NCBI GenBank assembly: GCA_963695545.1 | Contig: OY968796.1 | Coordinates: 192,001 to 256,000, forward strand | DNA length: 64,000 nt | Direction: 5' to 3' | DNA from: Terriglobia bacterium | GTDB lineage: Bacteria; Acidobacteriota; Terriglobia; Acidiferrales; UBA7541 | Part shown: one piece after another, positions 18,685-28,043 of the stretch | Layout: every line of letters starts with the position of its first letter | Numbering within the stretch: the first letter of the stretch is position 1 | Position numbers and translations under genes: made by a program | The notes under the pieces: generated by a model | The model's input: only the letters and a program-made list of their open reading frames with translations | Told to the model about the DNA's origin: nothing | Databases searched by the model: none

Positions 18685-18763
18685 GAGTCCTTCTCCCGGT
18701 TACGACATCGAAATGATATCACCGGCGGGCTTTGCCGTCCCCGGCCGCCGCGGTTAAAAGGCT

Positions 18764-18791
18764 TTGAGAAATCTCGGCGGTATGGGATACT
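18764..18791 (+). promoter_or_regulatory. Putative sigma70 promoter of the Cys-leader / sat operon
   Basis: TTGAGA (18764-69), 16 bp, TGG-GATACT extended -10 (18783-91), 10 nt before the leader ATG. Confidence 0.5.
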
Positions 18792-18801
18792 GCCCTTGGA
18801 C

Positions 18802-18924
18802 ATGAAGGCCCAAATCCAGAAGACCACAATCTGCTGCTGCGACGCGACGTGCTGCTGTTGCGCGTGTTGTTGTGCAGTTTGTTGTTGTACGCCCGCGTCT
18901 TCTGGGTGGATCCTGACGAGCTAG
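18802..18924 (+). CDS. Cysteine-rich leader peptide (40 aa, 13 Cys)
   Basis: MKAQIQKTTICCCDATCCCCACCCAVCCCTPASSGWILTS*; lies directly before a terminator and the sulfate assimilation genes. Confidence 0.85.
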   Translation: MKAQIQKTTICCCDATCCCCACCCAVCCCTPASSGWILTS

Positions 18925-18950
18925 AACCACAACAGCTCAATCGCAGTCAG

Positions 18951-18995
18951 AGCCCACCGCCAGAAGACGACCTGGCAGGTGGGTTTTTTGTTTTT
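18951..18995 (+). terminator. Attenuator terminator in the sat leader
   Basis: AGCCCACC-GCCAG / CTGGC-A-GGTGGGTT hairpin then TTTTGTTTTT, about 35 nt before the sat ATG. Confidence 0.88.
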
Positions 18996-19028
18996 ACGAG
19001 CAAGTTTTTCGACCCAGGAGAGCCCTTG

Positions 19029-20231
19029 ATGACCGCTGCCACCGAGACATCGAACATCGCCGCGCATGGCGGCAAGCTGGTCAATCGCGTCATTGCGCCC
19101 GAAGCGCGCCAAGAAGCCCGCGCCCGCGCCGCATCGCTGCGCGCCGTGCCCATCGGCGCTCGCGAGGCAAGTGAACTCCTGCTGATGGCGACCGGCGCGT
19201 TCAGTCCGCTCGAAGGTTTTCAAACCAAAGCCGCCGCGCAATCCGTGGTCGATAAAATGTCGCTCCCCGACGGCACACTCTGGCCGCTGCCCATCCTCTT
19301 GCATCTCGCGCCTGCCGAAGCCAACGACGTGCGCGTCGGCGAACGCGTGGCGCTCACGCTCGATGGCGAACCGCTGGCCACGCTCGACGTCGAAGATCGC
19401 TTCACCGTGCCGCGCGAAGAATGGGCCCCGAAAATTTTCGGCACGAGCGATGCCGCGCACCCCGGTGTTGCGGCGCTGAACAACGCGGGCGAAATCGCGC
19501 TCGGCGGAAAAATCGAGTGGCTCGGCGAGCCAACCCTCCCCGGACTCCCCGTGCAATGGCGCACGCCCACGGAAACGCGCGCCGAAATCAGATCGCGCGG
19601 CTGGTCCACCGTGGCCGGATTCCAAACCCGCAATCCCGTGCATCGCGCGCACGAACACGTTCTGCGCATCGCGCTCGAAGTCACCGACGGCCTGCTGCTG
19701 CATCCGCTTGTCGGCGAAACGCGCGCCGAGGATATTCCCGCCGACATCCGCATGCGCTGCTATCAAGCGCTGCTCGACAATTACCTTCCGCAAAAATACG
19801 TGATGTTCACCGTGCTGCCAGCCTTCATGCGCTATGCCGGTCCGCGCGAAGCCATTTTTCACGCGCTGGTGCGCAAGAATTTCGGATGCACCCACTTTTT
19901 AGTCGGCCGCGATCACGCCGGCGTCGGCGGCTACTACGGCCCCTACGACGCGCACAAATTGGTGCGCTCGGTGGCTGGACGCGGCCTCGGTATCCAGCCG
20001 ATCTTTTTCGACGAAGTTTTTTATTGCAATCGCTGCGGCTCGATGGCCAGCCGCAAAACCTGCGCGCATCCCGACGACGCGCATCTCAGCCTGAGCGGCA
20101 CCGAAGTGCGCCGCCGCCTGCGCGAAGGTTTGCCTCTGCCCGTCGAGTTCACTCGTCCCGAAGTCGCGGCCGTGTTGTCGGAAGCATTCCGCGAAACCAC
20201 CGAAGCCGGCCAGGAGACACGACGTGGTTGA
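19029..20231 (+). CDS. sat: Sulfate adenylyltransferase (ATP sulfurylase)
   Basis: HGGKLVNR, FQTRNPVHRAHE, MRYAGPREA, VGRDHAG, LSGTEVR; AGGAG RBS. Confidence 0.96.
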   Translation: MTAATETSNIAAHGGKLVNRVIAPEARQEARARAASLRAVPIGAREASELLLMATGAFSPLEGFQTKAAAQSVVDKMSLPDGTLWPLPILLHLAPAEANDVRVGERVALTLDGEPLATLDVEDRFTVPREEWAPKIFGTSDAAHPGVAALNNAGEIALGGKIEWLGEPTLPGLPVQWRTPTETRAEIRSRGWSTVAGFQTRNPVHRAHEHVLRIALEVTDGLLLHPLVGETRAEDIPADIRMRCYQALLDNYLPQKYVMFTVLPAFMRYAGPREAIFHALVRKNFGCTHFLVGRDHAGVGGYYGPYDAHKLVRSVAGRGLGIQPIFFDEVFYCNRCGSMASRKTCAHPDDAHLSLSGTEVRRRLREGLPLPVEFTRPEVAAVLSEAFRETTEAGQETRRG

Positions 20232-20994
20232 AATTCTACTTGGTCTCGTCGGCGGGATTCTTGTCGGCGCAACCGGCTCGGGCTTCGGCACGGTGATTAC
20301 GCCCGTGCTCTTGCTGCTGGGCTACCGTCCGGGCGTGGCCATCGGAACCACGCTGGGCGTGCTCGTGGCCACGAAATTCGTCGGCACCGTCACCCATCAT
20401 CAAATGGGCCACTGGCCGCGCCAGCACGTCTGGCTCTTGCTGGCTGGCGGCGTGGGCGGCGCGCTCGTCGCCGGTTTCGCCGCGACTGCCTGGTTGCCCG
20501 CGATGCACGATGGAAATAAATTGCTCGAGCGTTTCGTCGGAGCCGCCCTGCTCGGTCTCGCTGCATTTATTTTTGGACAAGAACTATGGAGGCGATACGG
20601 CCAGGAGCCACTCCTGCCCGATGCGATTCCCAAGGACCGCGGCGGCCCCATGACTCTTTTCGCCGTCGGCATTGGCACGGGCGCGGCGGTCACACTCACC
20701 GCGGCAGGTTCCGGCAGCGTTCTCGTGCCTGCGCTCGCGCTGGTCACGAATTGGAGCACCGCACAATTGGCCGCGGCCAGTAACTTATTCGGCTGGGTTG
20801 TGGGTGCGATCGGAGTTCTTTTGTTTTCGCACGCCGGCGCGTTCGCCTGGCCGCTGTTCGCAAAGGTCTTGATCGGAACGCTGCCGGGAATTTACTTCGG
20901 TGCGCTGGCTTCGCGCCACATCAAGCGCGGCTGGTTGCTCCGCGGCGTGGCGTTGATCGCGGTGATTCTAGGAGTTCGACTGATTTTCCGTTAA
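20224..20994 (+). CDS. TauE/SafE (TSUP) family sulfur-anion transporter
   Basis: Multi-TM with two repeats VGATGSGFG / VTLTAAGSGS; overlaps the sat stop. Confidence 0.82.
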   Translation: MVEILLGLVGGILVGATGSGFGTVITPVLLLLGYRPGVAIGTTLGVLVATKFVGTVTHHQMGHWPRQHVWLLLAGGVGGALVAGFAATAWLPAMHDGNKLLERFVGAALLGLAAFIFGQELWRRYGQEPLLPDAIPKDRGGPMTLFAVGIGTGAAVTLTAAGSGSVLVPALALVTNWSTAQLAAASNLFGWVVGAIGVLLFSHAGAFAWPLFAKVLIGTLPGIYFGALASRHIKRGWLLRGVALIAVILGVRLIFR

Positions 20995-21034
20995 AATTTC
21001 AAAATCATTTTCTAACAAGGAGAAACGAAGCGAT

Positions 21035-21730
21035 ATGGATACGCTCCAGCAGGAAGCCGTAGCTCAGCAGCAAGCGGCCGAATCGTGGAATGCGGCCGAA
21101 CTCATCAAGTGGGGACTTGAGCGATTTGGCTCGACGCTCGGAATCGCCTCGAGCTTCGGCGCCGAAGACGTCGTCTTGGTCGAGCTCGCGGCGCGCGCCG
21201 GAATTCCCTATCGCGTCTTCACCCTGGACACCGATTTTCTTTTTCCCGAAACCTACACGCTGATCGAAGGCACGGAGAAGAAGTACGGCATCCACATCGA
21301 GCGCGCTCGTCCGCTGCTCACGCCCGATGAACAGGTCGCCAAGCACGGCGAAGCACTTTGGTCCCGCGAACCAAACCTGTGTTGCTCGATCCGCAAAGTC
21401 GAGCCGCTCAAGAAATCTCTCTCCGGCTTTCAGGCCTGGATCACCGGCATTCGCCGCGATCAAACCCCGCAGCGCGCCAACGCCAAGAAGGTCGATTGGG
21501 ACGCCGGCTTCGGCCTCGTGAAAATTAATCCGCTCGCCGATTGGACTTCCGATCAGGTTTGGGATTTCATTCGCGAGAACAAAATTCCCTACAACGCGCT
21601 CCACGACAATCATTACCCGAGCATCGGCTGCACCTATTGCACGCGCCAGGTTATGCCCGGCGAAGATCCGCGCGCGGGCCGCTGGGCCGGTTTCGCGAAG
21701 ACCGAGTGCGGTCTGCACGCGAAAGAATAG
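21035..21730 (+). CDS. cysH: APS/PAPS reductase (Fe-S type CysH)
   Basis: SSFGAED, LDTDFLFPET, CCSIRKVEPL, YPSIGCTYCT, C-terminal KTECGLH; CC plus CxxC indicates the 4Fe-4S APS-reductase type. Confidence 0.95.
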   Translation: MDTLQQEAVAQQQAAESWNAAELIKWGLERFGSTLGIASSFGAEDVVLVELAARAGIPYRVFTLDTDFLFPETYTLIEGTEKKYGIHIERARPLLTPDEQVAKHGEALWSREPNLCCSIRKVEPLKKSLSGFQAWITGIRRDQTPQRANAKKVDWDAGFGLVKINPLADWTSDQVWDFIRENKIPYNALHDNHYPSIGCTYCTRQVMPGEDPRAGRWAGFAKTECGLHAKE

Positions 21731-21835
21731 TTTTTACAACTCGAAGGTATTCTCAAGTCCGAGGCGCGCGCCGCAATTCTCTGCGACGCGCGCCTTGGGC
21801 TTTCTTTACGCTGCGCATTCGATAATAATTCGCGA

Positions 21836-22705
21836 ATGCCGCCTCGTGACCTGCCCCTCGCCGGCTTCAACGGCTTGACCGTGCTCGCGCTCGAAAGCCG
21901 CCGCGCGCCCGAAACTGCCAAACTCATCTCGGCTCACGGAGGCCGACCCATCGTCGCGCCCGCGCTGCGCGAAATTCCGCTCGCTTCAAATGTAAAAGCT
22001 CTGGAATTTGTCGACGCGCTGATCGATGGACAATTTGACATGACCATTCTTCTCACCGGCGTCGGTACGCGCGCGCTCGTCGGCATCGCCGAAAGCGCCG
22101 GCAAGCGCGAACCATTTCTTGCGGCGCTGCGCCGCGTCACGATTGTCGCGCGCGGTCCGAAACCCCTCGCGGTCCTGCGTGAACTAAATATTCCCGCGAG
22201 CGTCGCCGCGCCGGAACCGAACACTTGGCGCGAACTTCTGGCCGCGCTCGATGCAGCGGCCGCGCAATTTCCCGTTCGCGGTCGCCGCGTTGCCGTGCAG
22301 GAATACGGCGTATCGAATCCCGAGCTCCTCGCAGCGCTCGCCGAGCGCGGCGCCGAAGTCACGCCCGTACCCGTTTATCAATGGGCGCTGCCGGAAAATC
22401 TCGAGCCTCTTCGCGCCGCAATTTCCGCCATCGGCCGCGACGAAATCGATGTCGTGCTATTCACGACGAGCGTCCAGGTGGACCACATCTTTGAAGTCGC
22501 CGCCCAAATGAACGCGGTACACGCGCTCCGGCGCGGCCTCGCGCGCACTGTGATCGCGTCAATCGGACCAACCACGACCGAGGCGCTCCTCCGTCACGAT
22601 TTGACGCCAGATCTTGAGCCCTCGCACCCCAAACTCGGCGTCTTAGTCGCAGAGGCCGCGGACCAAAGCCCCGCCCTGCTCGCACCGAAACGCGATCTTC
22701 CATAG
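21836..22705 (+). CDS. hemD: Uroporphyrinogen-III synthase (HemD) family protein
   Basis: LESRRA, LTGVG, ARGPKP, VAVQEYG, VPVYQW, FTTSVQV, SIGPTT. Confidence 0.8.
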   Translation: MPPRDLPLAGFNGLTVLALESRRAPETAKLISAHGGRPIVAPALREIPLASNVKALEFVDALIDGQFDMTILLTGVGTRALVGIAESAGKREPFLAALRRVTIVARGPKPLAVLRELNIPASVAAPEPNTWRELLAALDAAAAQFPVRGRRVAVQEYGVSNPELLAALAERGAEVTPVPVYQWALPENLEPLRAAISAIGRDEIDVVLFTTSVQVDHIFEVAAQMNAVHALRRGLARTVIASIGPTTTEALLRHDLTPDLEPSHPKLGVLVAEAADQSPALLAPKRDLP

Positions 22706-22833
22706 CAATCCAGCCTTCATAAACGAATGATTAAAGGAGGGTTAATCCCCGCGGCAGTAGGCTTCAAAATTCCGGTTAGATGCAACGAAGACTTGAATTG
22801 GACACTTTTTCCACAGCCCGGCTAAAATTGTAC

Positions 22834-23655
22834 ATGGACACCACCGCAGTGACCCCCATTGAAGTACAAGGTGCAGTTCAACCCGAAATCCTAACCATAG
22901 ACTTCGATTTCTTACTCGAGATCACCAGCCGCATCGCCGCCGCCGATGCTGTCGACAAAGTGCTCGGGCGCGTGGTGGATTTTGTTTCCACGCTGGTGAA
23001 ATGCGATTCCTGTTTTATCTACATCCTGGAAGGCACTGACCTGGTGCTGCGTGCCTCGAAAAATCCGCATCCGGATATTATCGGCCGACTGCGTCTTTCG
23101 GTCGGCCAGGGCATCACCGGCTGGGTCGCCGAGCACAGAGAACCCGTGACCGTCGCGCGGCACGCCTCAAAAGATCCGCGCTTCAAAGTGTTCCACGAGC
23201 TGCCGGAAGATAGCTTTGAGGCGTTTCTCTCGGTTCCAGTGCTCTGCCGCGGACGTCTGGTCGGCGTCATAAACATCCAGCACAAACAGCCTCACCATCA
23301 CAGCAAGCGGCAGATCCAATTGATTTCTACGATCGGCTTTCTGGTCGGCGCGGAAATCGAAATGGCGCGCCTCGAAGGCGAAAATTCCGAATTGAACGAG
23401 CAGCTCGAGACGCGCAAAGTTGTCGAGCGCGCCAAGGGAATTCTCCAGCGCGAACTTCGCATCACCGAGGAAGAGGCTTATCTTTCGCTGCGCAAACAGA
23501 GCCGCCAGCGGCGCATGCCCATGAAGGAAATCGCCGCGGCCATCGTCTTGAGCGACGAAGTGCAGCGGGGCAGAAGTCCCGTGGCGAACGCTCGACCGGT
23601 TCGCGCCGAAAACGAGCCTGGCACGCGCCGCCCGAGCGGCGTACACCCGTCGTGA
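22834..23655 (+). CDS. GAF plus ANTAR RNA-binding regulator
   Basis: GAF (GQGITGWVAE, DPRFK, LSVPV..VGVINIQ) followed by ANTAR LETRKVVERAKGILQ..EEEAY..LRKQS..MKEIAAAI. Confidence 0.92.
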   Translation: MDTTAVTPIEVQGAVQPEILTIDFDFLLEITSRIAAADAVDKVLGRVVDFVSTLVKCDSCFIYILEGTDLVLRASKNPHPDIIGRLRLSVGQGITGWVAEHREPVTVARHASKDPRFKVFHELPEDSFEAFLSVPVLCRGRLVGVINIQHKQPHHHSKRQIQLISTIGFLVGAEIEMARLEGENSELNEQLETRKVVERAKGILQRELRITEEEAYLSLRKQSRQRRMPMKEIAAAIVLSDEVQRGRSPVANARPVRAENEPGTRRPSGVHPS

Positions 23656-23700
23656 AATTCTAAATTCGCGAACGGCTGGCTTGCGATTCTGAAAGGCCGC

Positions 23701-24654
23701 TTAGGACTCTGACAAACTGATGTTTCGCTCGGCGGCGCTTGCGTCGTAAGGATTCTCGGAAGTCTCTTCGGCGAAGTCCCCGGCCACTTCGCCCGAAAAC
23801 TGTTCGGCAAATTGCAGTTCGGCGCGGCTCTCGAACGCGGCAGCGGCCGCCAGCGCAATTTCCGGTGCCTCCGCGATTCCGGCCCTGGCCCCGGCCTTCT
23901 CCACAGAAGCCCAATCGCGCGCGGCCATCGCGCGGTCTGCTGCGACGGCGCCAATTACCAGCAGAGCCGGCGCGCCTAGCGTCGGCGCAAGCGCCACTTC
24001 TCCGAGCGTCATCCGCGCAACTTTCTGTTCGCGCCGCGACGCGCAAGAAATCACCGCGCACGGCGTATCCGGAGAAAGCCCGCCGTCGACAAGCTCCTCG
24101 ACGCGCCCGGCGACGTTCGGCCCCGGCATGTACACCGCCAGCGTCGTGTCCTCATCCGCCAGATGCGCCCATCCAGCGCCGGATTTCTCGCGCGTGTGAT
24201 GATTGCTCACCAGAATCAACTTCGATGCCAGGCGCCGGTCCGTCAGCGCGACTTGCGCCACCGCCGCCGCGCCCAGCGCCGCTGTCACGCCCGGCACGAT
24301 CTCAAATTCGATTCCCGCGTGCGCGAGCGCATCCATTTCTTCGCCCGCGCGGCCGAAAATCAGCGGATCCCCGCCCTTCAGGCGCACCACGGCCAACCCC
24401 TGGCGCGCATAATCCACCAGGCGCCGCTCGATTTCCGATTGAGTAATCGATTCCTTGCCGCAGCGCTTGCCTACGTTCTGCACCCGCGCCCCGGCCGGGG
24501 CCAGCGCCAGAATCTCGAGCGGCACAAGATCGTCGTGCAAAATCGCGTCCGCCACGCGCAACAGGCGCGCCGCCTTCAGCGTCAGCAATTCGGGATCGCC
24601 GGGTCCCGCGCCGATCAAATACACCTTGCCGGGAATCACATATCCGTGCCTCAA
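23701..24654 (-). CDS. cobA: Uroporphyrinogen-III C-methyltransferase (CysG C-terminal / CobA)
   Basis: VYLIGAGPGDPELLTLKA, VGKRCG, VRLKGGDPLIFGR, VPGVTA; acidic C-terminal extension. Confidence 0.93.
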   Translation of the reverse strand: MRHGYVIPGKVYLIGAGPGDPELLTLKAARLLRVADAILHDDLVPLEILALAPAGARVQNVGKRCGKESITQSEIERRLVDYARQGLAVVRLKGGDPLIFGRAGEEMDALAHAGIEFEIVPGVTAALGAAAVAQVALTDRRLASKLILVSNHHTREKSGAGWAHLADEDTTLAVYMPGPNVAGRVEELVDGGLSPDTPCAVISCASRREQKVARMTLGEVALAPTLGAPALLVIGAVAADRAMAARDWASVEKAGARAGIAEAPEIALAAAAAFESRAELQFAEQFSGEVAGDFAEETSENPYDASAAERNISLSES

Positions 24655-24944
24655 CTTCGCTCCTTGCGATGTGTAATACCCATGCTAACACCTGCGCCTA
24701 CTGCACTTACAGCAAAAAGCAGCGGCGCAAACTCAAACGCCCAGCTCTCCCGATTTCCCCGCGTCTAAAACCACGAGTGCTATCATCGCCGTGGGTGGAC
24801 CAAGCACACGAAACAGACTACAGGCTCCGCCGTGGGCGAGACGCACGGATCCATTATCATGGTGCATCGGAAACAAAAAGGAATCCTCGCGCGTATAAAT
24901 AGAGACGGGCGAAGAGTCTTTCTTGACGGCGTGTAGACGAATTC

Positions 24945-26183
24945 ATGAAATCGCGGATCAATCTGCGTGAGCCTATATCCGTGGCGCTTTCCGCGCTTTG
25001 GGAACACAAGCTGCGTTCGTTCCTGATGCTTTTGGGGATAATCCTTTCGGTCTCGACGTTAATCCTGGTGGTCTCTCTGATTTCCGGAGTGAATTTGTAC
25101 ATCGCCGAGCGCGTGGCCAATCTCGGTTCAAATGTTTTTCTCGTGGCGCGCAATCCGATCATCACCGACGTCACCGACCTTGTGAAAGCCAACCGTCGCG
25201 ACAAGAACATCACCTGGGAAGATTACGAGTACCTGCGCGACAACATGAAACTCCCACAGCGCGTGGGCGTCGAAGTGCGCCAGGACGGCCGCGTGCGCCG
25301 CGCCAATCAAACCATCGAGGATTGCAACGTACGCGGAGTGACCGCCACGATCGGAGAGATGGACGTCGAGGAACCCGCCGAGGGCCGCTACATCACCGAG
25401 GCCGACGAGTTGCACCACTCGAGCGTCGCGCTGATTGGGTCCGATGTGGCCGCGAAACTTTTTCCCAATGTCGACCCGCTGGGACGCGAAATTTCGGTCG
25501 ACGAATCGCCCTATCAGGTTGTTGGCGTGGCAAAATCGATCGGCACGGTCTTCGGGCAGTCACAAGACAACTACGTCTACATCCCGATCGAAACATTTCT
25601 TAAAGCCTACGACGTGTCCGATCGCAGCCTGACGATCAACATTCAAGCGCGCGCGCCCGATTGGATGGCGCGCACGGAAGACGAAGCGCGCATGCTCATG
25701 CGCGCCAGGCGTCACCAGTCGCCCGATGCGGACGATGCCTTCGGCATTCTCAGCTCCGGCTCGCTTCTCGATCTGTGGAATCAGCTCACCGGCGCGATTG
25801 CCGCGGCGATGGTCGGCATCGTGTCCGTGTTCCTGGTCATCGGCGGCGTGGTGATCATGAACGTAATGCTCGCGACGGTCACCGAACGCACGCGCGAGAT
25901 CGGCGTGCGCAAAGCCATCGGCGCGCGGCACCGAGACATCCTTTTGCAATTTCTGCTGGAAGCGGGCGTCATGTCCGGCATTGGCGGAACAATTGGCGTC
26001 ACGATTGCCTATAGTTTGGCAAGCTTGATCGGCGCCACGACCGCTGTGCCGATGCACGTACCGCTGGTTGCGGTGATCACCGCGCTCGGCGTATCGACGG
26101 GCGTCGGAGTATTTTTCGGAATTTATCCGGCGCGGCAGGCTGCGAAGTTGAGTCCGATCGAAGCCTTGCGCGCGGAAGTCTAG
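24945..26183 (+). CDS. MacB/FtsX-type ABC transporter permease
   Basis: HKLRSFLMLLGII, GGVVIMNVML..VTERTREIGVRKAIGA, FGIYPARQAAKLSPIEALR. Confidence 0.92.
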   Translation: MKSRINLREPISVALSALWEHKLRSFLMLLGIILSVSTLILVVSLISGVNLYIAERVANLGSNVFLVARNPIITDVTDLVKANRRDKNITWEDYEYLRDNMKLPQRVGVEVRQDGRVRRANQTIEDCNVRGVTATIGEMDVEEPAEGRYITEADELHHSSVALIGSDVAAKLFPNVDPLGREISVDESPYQVVGVAKSIGTVFGQSQDNYVYIPIETFLKAYDVSDRSLTINIQARAPDWMARTEDEARMLMRARRHQSPDADDAFGILSSGSLLDLWNQLTGAIAAAMVGIVSVFLVIGGVVIMNVMLATVTERTREIGVRKAIGARHRDILLQFLLEAGVMSGIGGTIGVTIAYSLASLIGATTAVPMHVPLVAVITALGVSTGVGVFFGIYPARQAAKLSPIEALRAEV

Positions 26184-26198
26184 GGCGAGGAAACCGCG

Positions 26199-27455
26199 AT
26201 GCCGTTCATGCTCGGCGAAAACGCGAAAATGGCGCTGACAACACTGCGCGAAAATAAAATGCGCTCGTTTCTTACCGTGCTGGGCGTGGTCATCGGAATC
26301 ACTTCGCTGATCGCCGTAGCGTCGATCTTGGTCGGGCTCTATCAGGATGTTGACGCCGTGCTGAATGATTACGGCCCGAACACCCTCTTTATCTTTCGAT
26401 TCGATCCCGGCATCCACATCGGCCCGCTCACGTTTGAAGAGCGCATGCGCAAGCCGCTTTCTCTTGACGATGCGCTCGCGATCCGAGAACTGTGTCCGGA
26501 CGTGAAAATGGTCACCGCCAGCGTAATGCCCGATGTCACCAATCAGAACCAACAACCTGTGAACGCGCTCTACAAAGACCGCGAAGTGGACGGCGTCGAT
26601 TACGAAGGCAACCTCGTCGAGACCGAGGACGTTTTCAATTCCCATCCCGAACGCGGCCGTTTCTACACCGAGGCCGAGGATCTGCACCGCTCCGACGTCG
26701 CCGACATCGGCTACGACGTCGCGCAGGGCCTTTTCGGCGCCGAGAATCCGCTCGATAAGCAAATCATCGTCGCCGGCGTACCCTACGTGGTGATCGGCGT
26801 TTTCGAGAAGCGCAAAGGACAATTTTTCAAAGATCCTCAGGCCGATAAGGAAATTGACGTCCCCTATCGCACTTACGAAAAGCATCACCCGAACGACCAC
26901 GAGAACTTCATCGGCGCCGAAGCCTATCCGGGCCGCATGGCCGAAGCCGAGGACGAAATTCGCGGCGTTCTGCGCCGCAGGCGAAACCTACCCTACGACA
27001 AACCCGACAACTTCGGCATCTCGAGCGCGCAAGAAATTGCCGATCAGTTCCGCCAAATCACCGGATCGGTGGCGCTGCTCACCGCCGTGATCAGTTCGAT
27101 CGGATTGCTGGTGGGCGGCGTGGGCGTAATGAACATCATGCTCATGTCCGTCACGCAGCGCACCCGCGAAATCGGCGTGCGCAAAGCCATCGGCGCGCGC
27201 AAACGAGACATCATCTGGCAATTCCTCACCGAAGCTATGGTGCTGACGGGCGCGGGCGGCGTGATCGGCGTGCTCTGCGGAGTCGGAATCAGCATGCTGA
27301 TAAATGCGCTCGCGCCCAACCTGCCCTCGAGCGTTCCTCTATGGGCCGTGATTTTGGCTACTGTCGTCTCGATGGGTGTCGGCTTGTTCTTTGGAATGTA
27401 TCCCGCGATCAAAGCCGCCAGACTCGACCCTGTCGTCGCCCTGCGCTACGAATAG
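26199..27455 (+). CDS. MacB/FtsX-type ABC transporter permease (paralog)
   Basis: NKMRSFLTVLGVVIG, VGGVGVMNIML..RTREIGVRKAIGA, YPAIKAARLDPVVALRYE. Confidence 0.92.
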   Translation: MPFMLGENAKMALTTLRENKMRSFLTVLGVVIGITSLIAVASILVGLYQDVDAVLNDYGPNTLFIFRFDPGIHIGPLTFEERMRKPLSLDDALAIRELCPDVKMVTASVMPDVTNQNQQPVNALYKDREVDGVDYEGNLVETEDVFNSHPERGRFYTEAEDLHRSDVADIGYDVAQGLFGAENPLDKQIIVAGVPYVVIGVFEKRKGQFFKDPQADKEIDVPYRTYEKHHPNDHENFIGAEAYPGRMAEAEDEIRGVLRRRRNLPYDKPDNFGISSAQEIADQFRQITGSVALLTAVISSIGLLVGGVGVMNIMLMSVTQRTREIGVRKAIGARKRDIIWQFLTEAMVLTGAGGVIGVLCGVGISMLINALAPNLPSSVPLWAVILATVVSMGVGLFFGMYPAIKAARLDPVVALRYE

Positions 27456-27481
27456 CGCAATTCCTTGCGCGATTCGAGCCG

Positions 27482-27510
27482 TTGCGCGGCCGCGCGAGCG
27501 GATGTACATT
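27482..27510 (+). promoter_or_regulatory. Sigma70-type promoter, copy 1
   Basis: TTGCGC-17 bp-TACATT; conserved again at 27952-27980. Confidence 0.6.
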
Positions 27511-27572
27511 CCTCGCGCCTTAGTGCTTGAAACTGGAAATTTAGATCGACAACTTTTAAGGGAGAAAACAAC

Positions 27573-27854
27573 ATGGTTCGGACAGGATCAATGTTTCGAG
27601 TTTTTTTCGTCGTGGCGCTTCTCTGCGTTGGAGTGGTGTACGCCCAAAATAAACCCGTCAACACGATCAACGCCAAGGTCAACCCAAATCTGGCCGCGGC
27701 TCAGGCGCACATCCTTCAGGCCTGGGATTTTGTCGGTGTAGCTCAGGTGCAGAACCACTACGACATGCAAGACCATGCCGTGAATGCCAAAGTCTATCTT
27801 GATAAGGCCGCGAGTGAAATTGACCTGGCAGCAAAACTCGCCGACGCAAAGTAG
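27573..27854 (+). CDS. Small secreted helical protein, paralog 1
   Basis: GGGAG RBS, signal peptide ending VYA/Q, PNLAAAQ..AW..AQ..N..DM..HA.NAK shared with the next gene. Confidence 0.8.
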   Translation: MVRTGSMFRVFFVVALLCVGVVYAQNKPVNTINAKVNPNLAAAQAHILQAWDFVGVAQVQNHYDMQDHAVNAKVYLDKAASEIDLAAKLADAK

Positions 27855-27951
27855 CTAATTGACACGCTCCAGGTTTGCTGAGCGCGCCTCGCCCCGCGCT
27901 GGCGCCGGCGTGTCTCCGGGCGAACACAGAGCCGTGCTCGTCTCTCCGCCA

Positions 27952-27980
27952 TTGCGAGGCCGCGCTGTCGGATGTACATT
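27952..27980 (+). promoter_or_regulatory. Sigma70-type promoter, copy 2
   Basis: TTGCGA-17 bp-TACATT. Confidence 0.6.
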
Positions 27981-28043
27981 GTCGGCCGCTCGAGAATTGA
28001 ACGCTGGCAAATCCTAGTGGCAACCTTGAAGGGGGAAAACGAC

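Noticed and set aside
18802..18924. Metallothionein or RiPP precursor reading of the Cys-rich ORF
   Set aside because: Cys occurs in uninterrupted runs, there is no proper RBS or modifying enzyme, and the ORF interlocks with terminator and antiterminator helices; a leader peptide fits better
18780..19000. SAM riboswitch or T-box upstream of sat
   Set aside because: No SAM-I core (ATC.AGAG..GCAACC..GTGC) and no T-box GGTGG.ACC sequence seen
18849..19028. 60-aa N-terminal extension of Sat in the ORF track
   Set aside because: It runs through the attenuator; the ATG at 19029 has an AGGAG RBS and precedes the conserved HGG motif
22750..22795. Canonical ANTAR dual-hairpin upstream of the ANTAR gene (GCAACGAAGA)
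   Set aside because: Only one closing pair and no second hairpin
24783..24860. Second Cys leader (MIMDPCVSPTAEPVVCFVCLVHPRR) upstream of cobA
   Set aside because: Only three scattered Cys and no terminator/antiterminator set found
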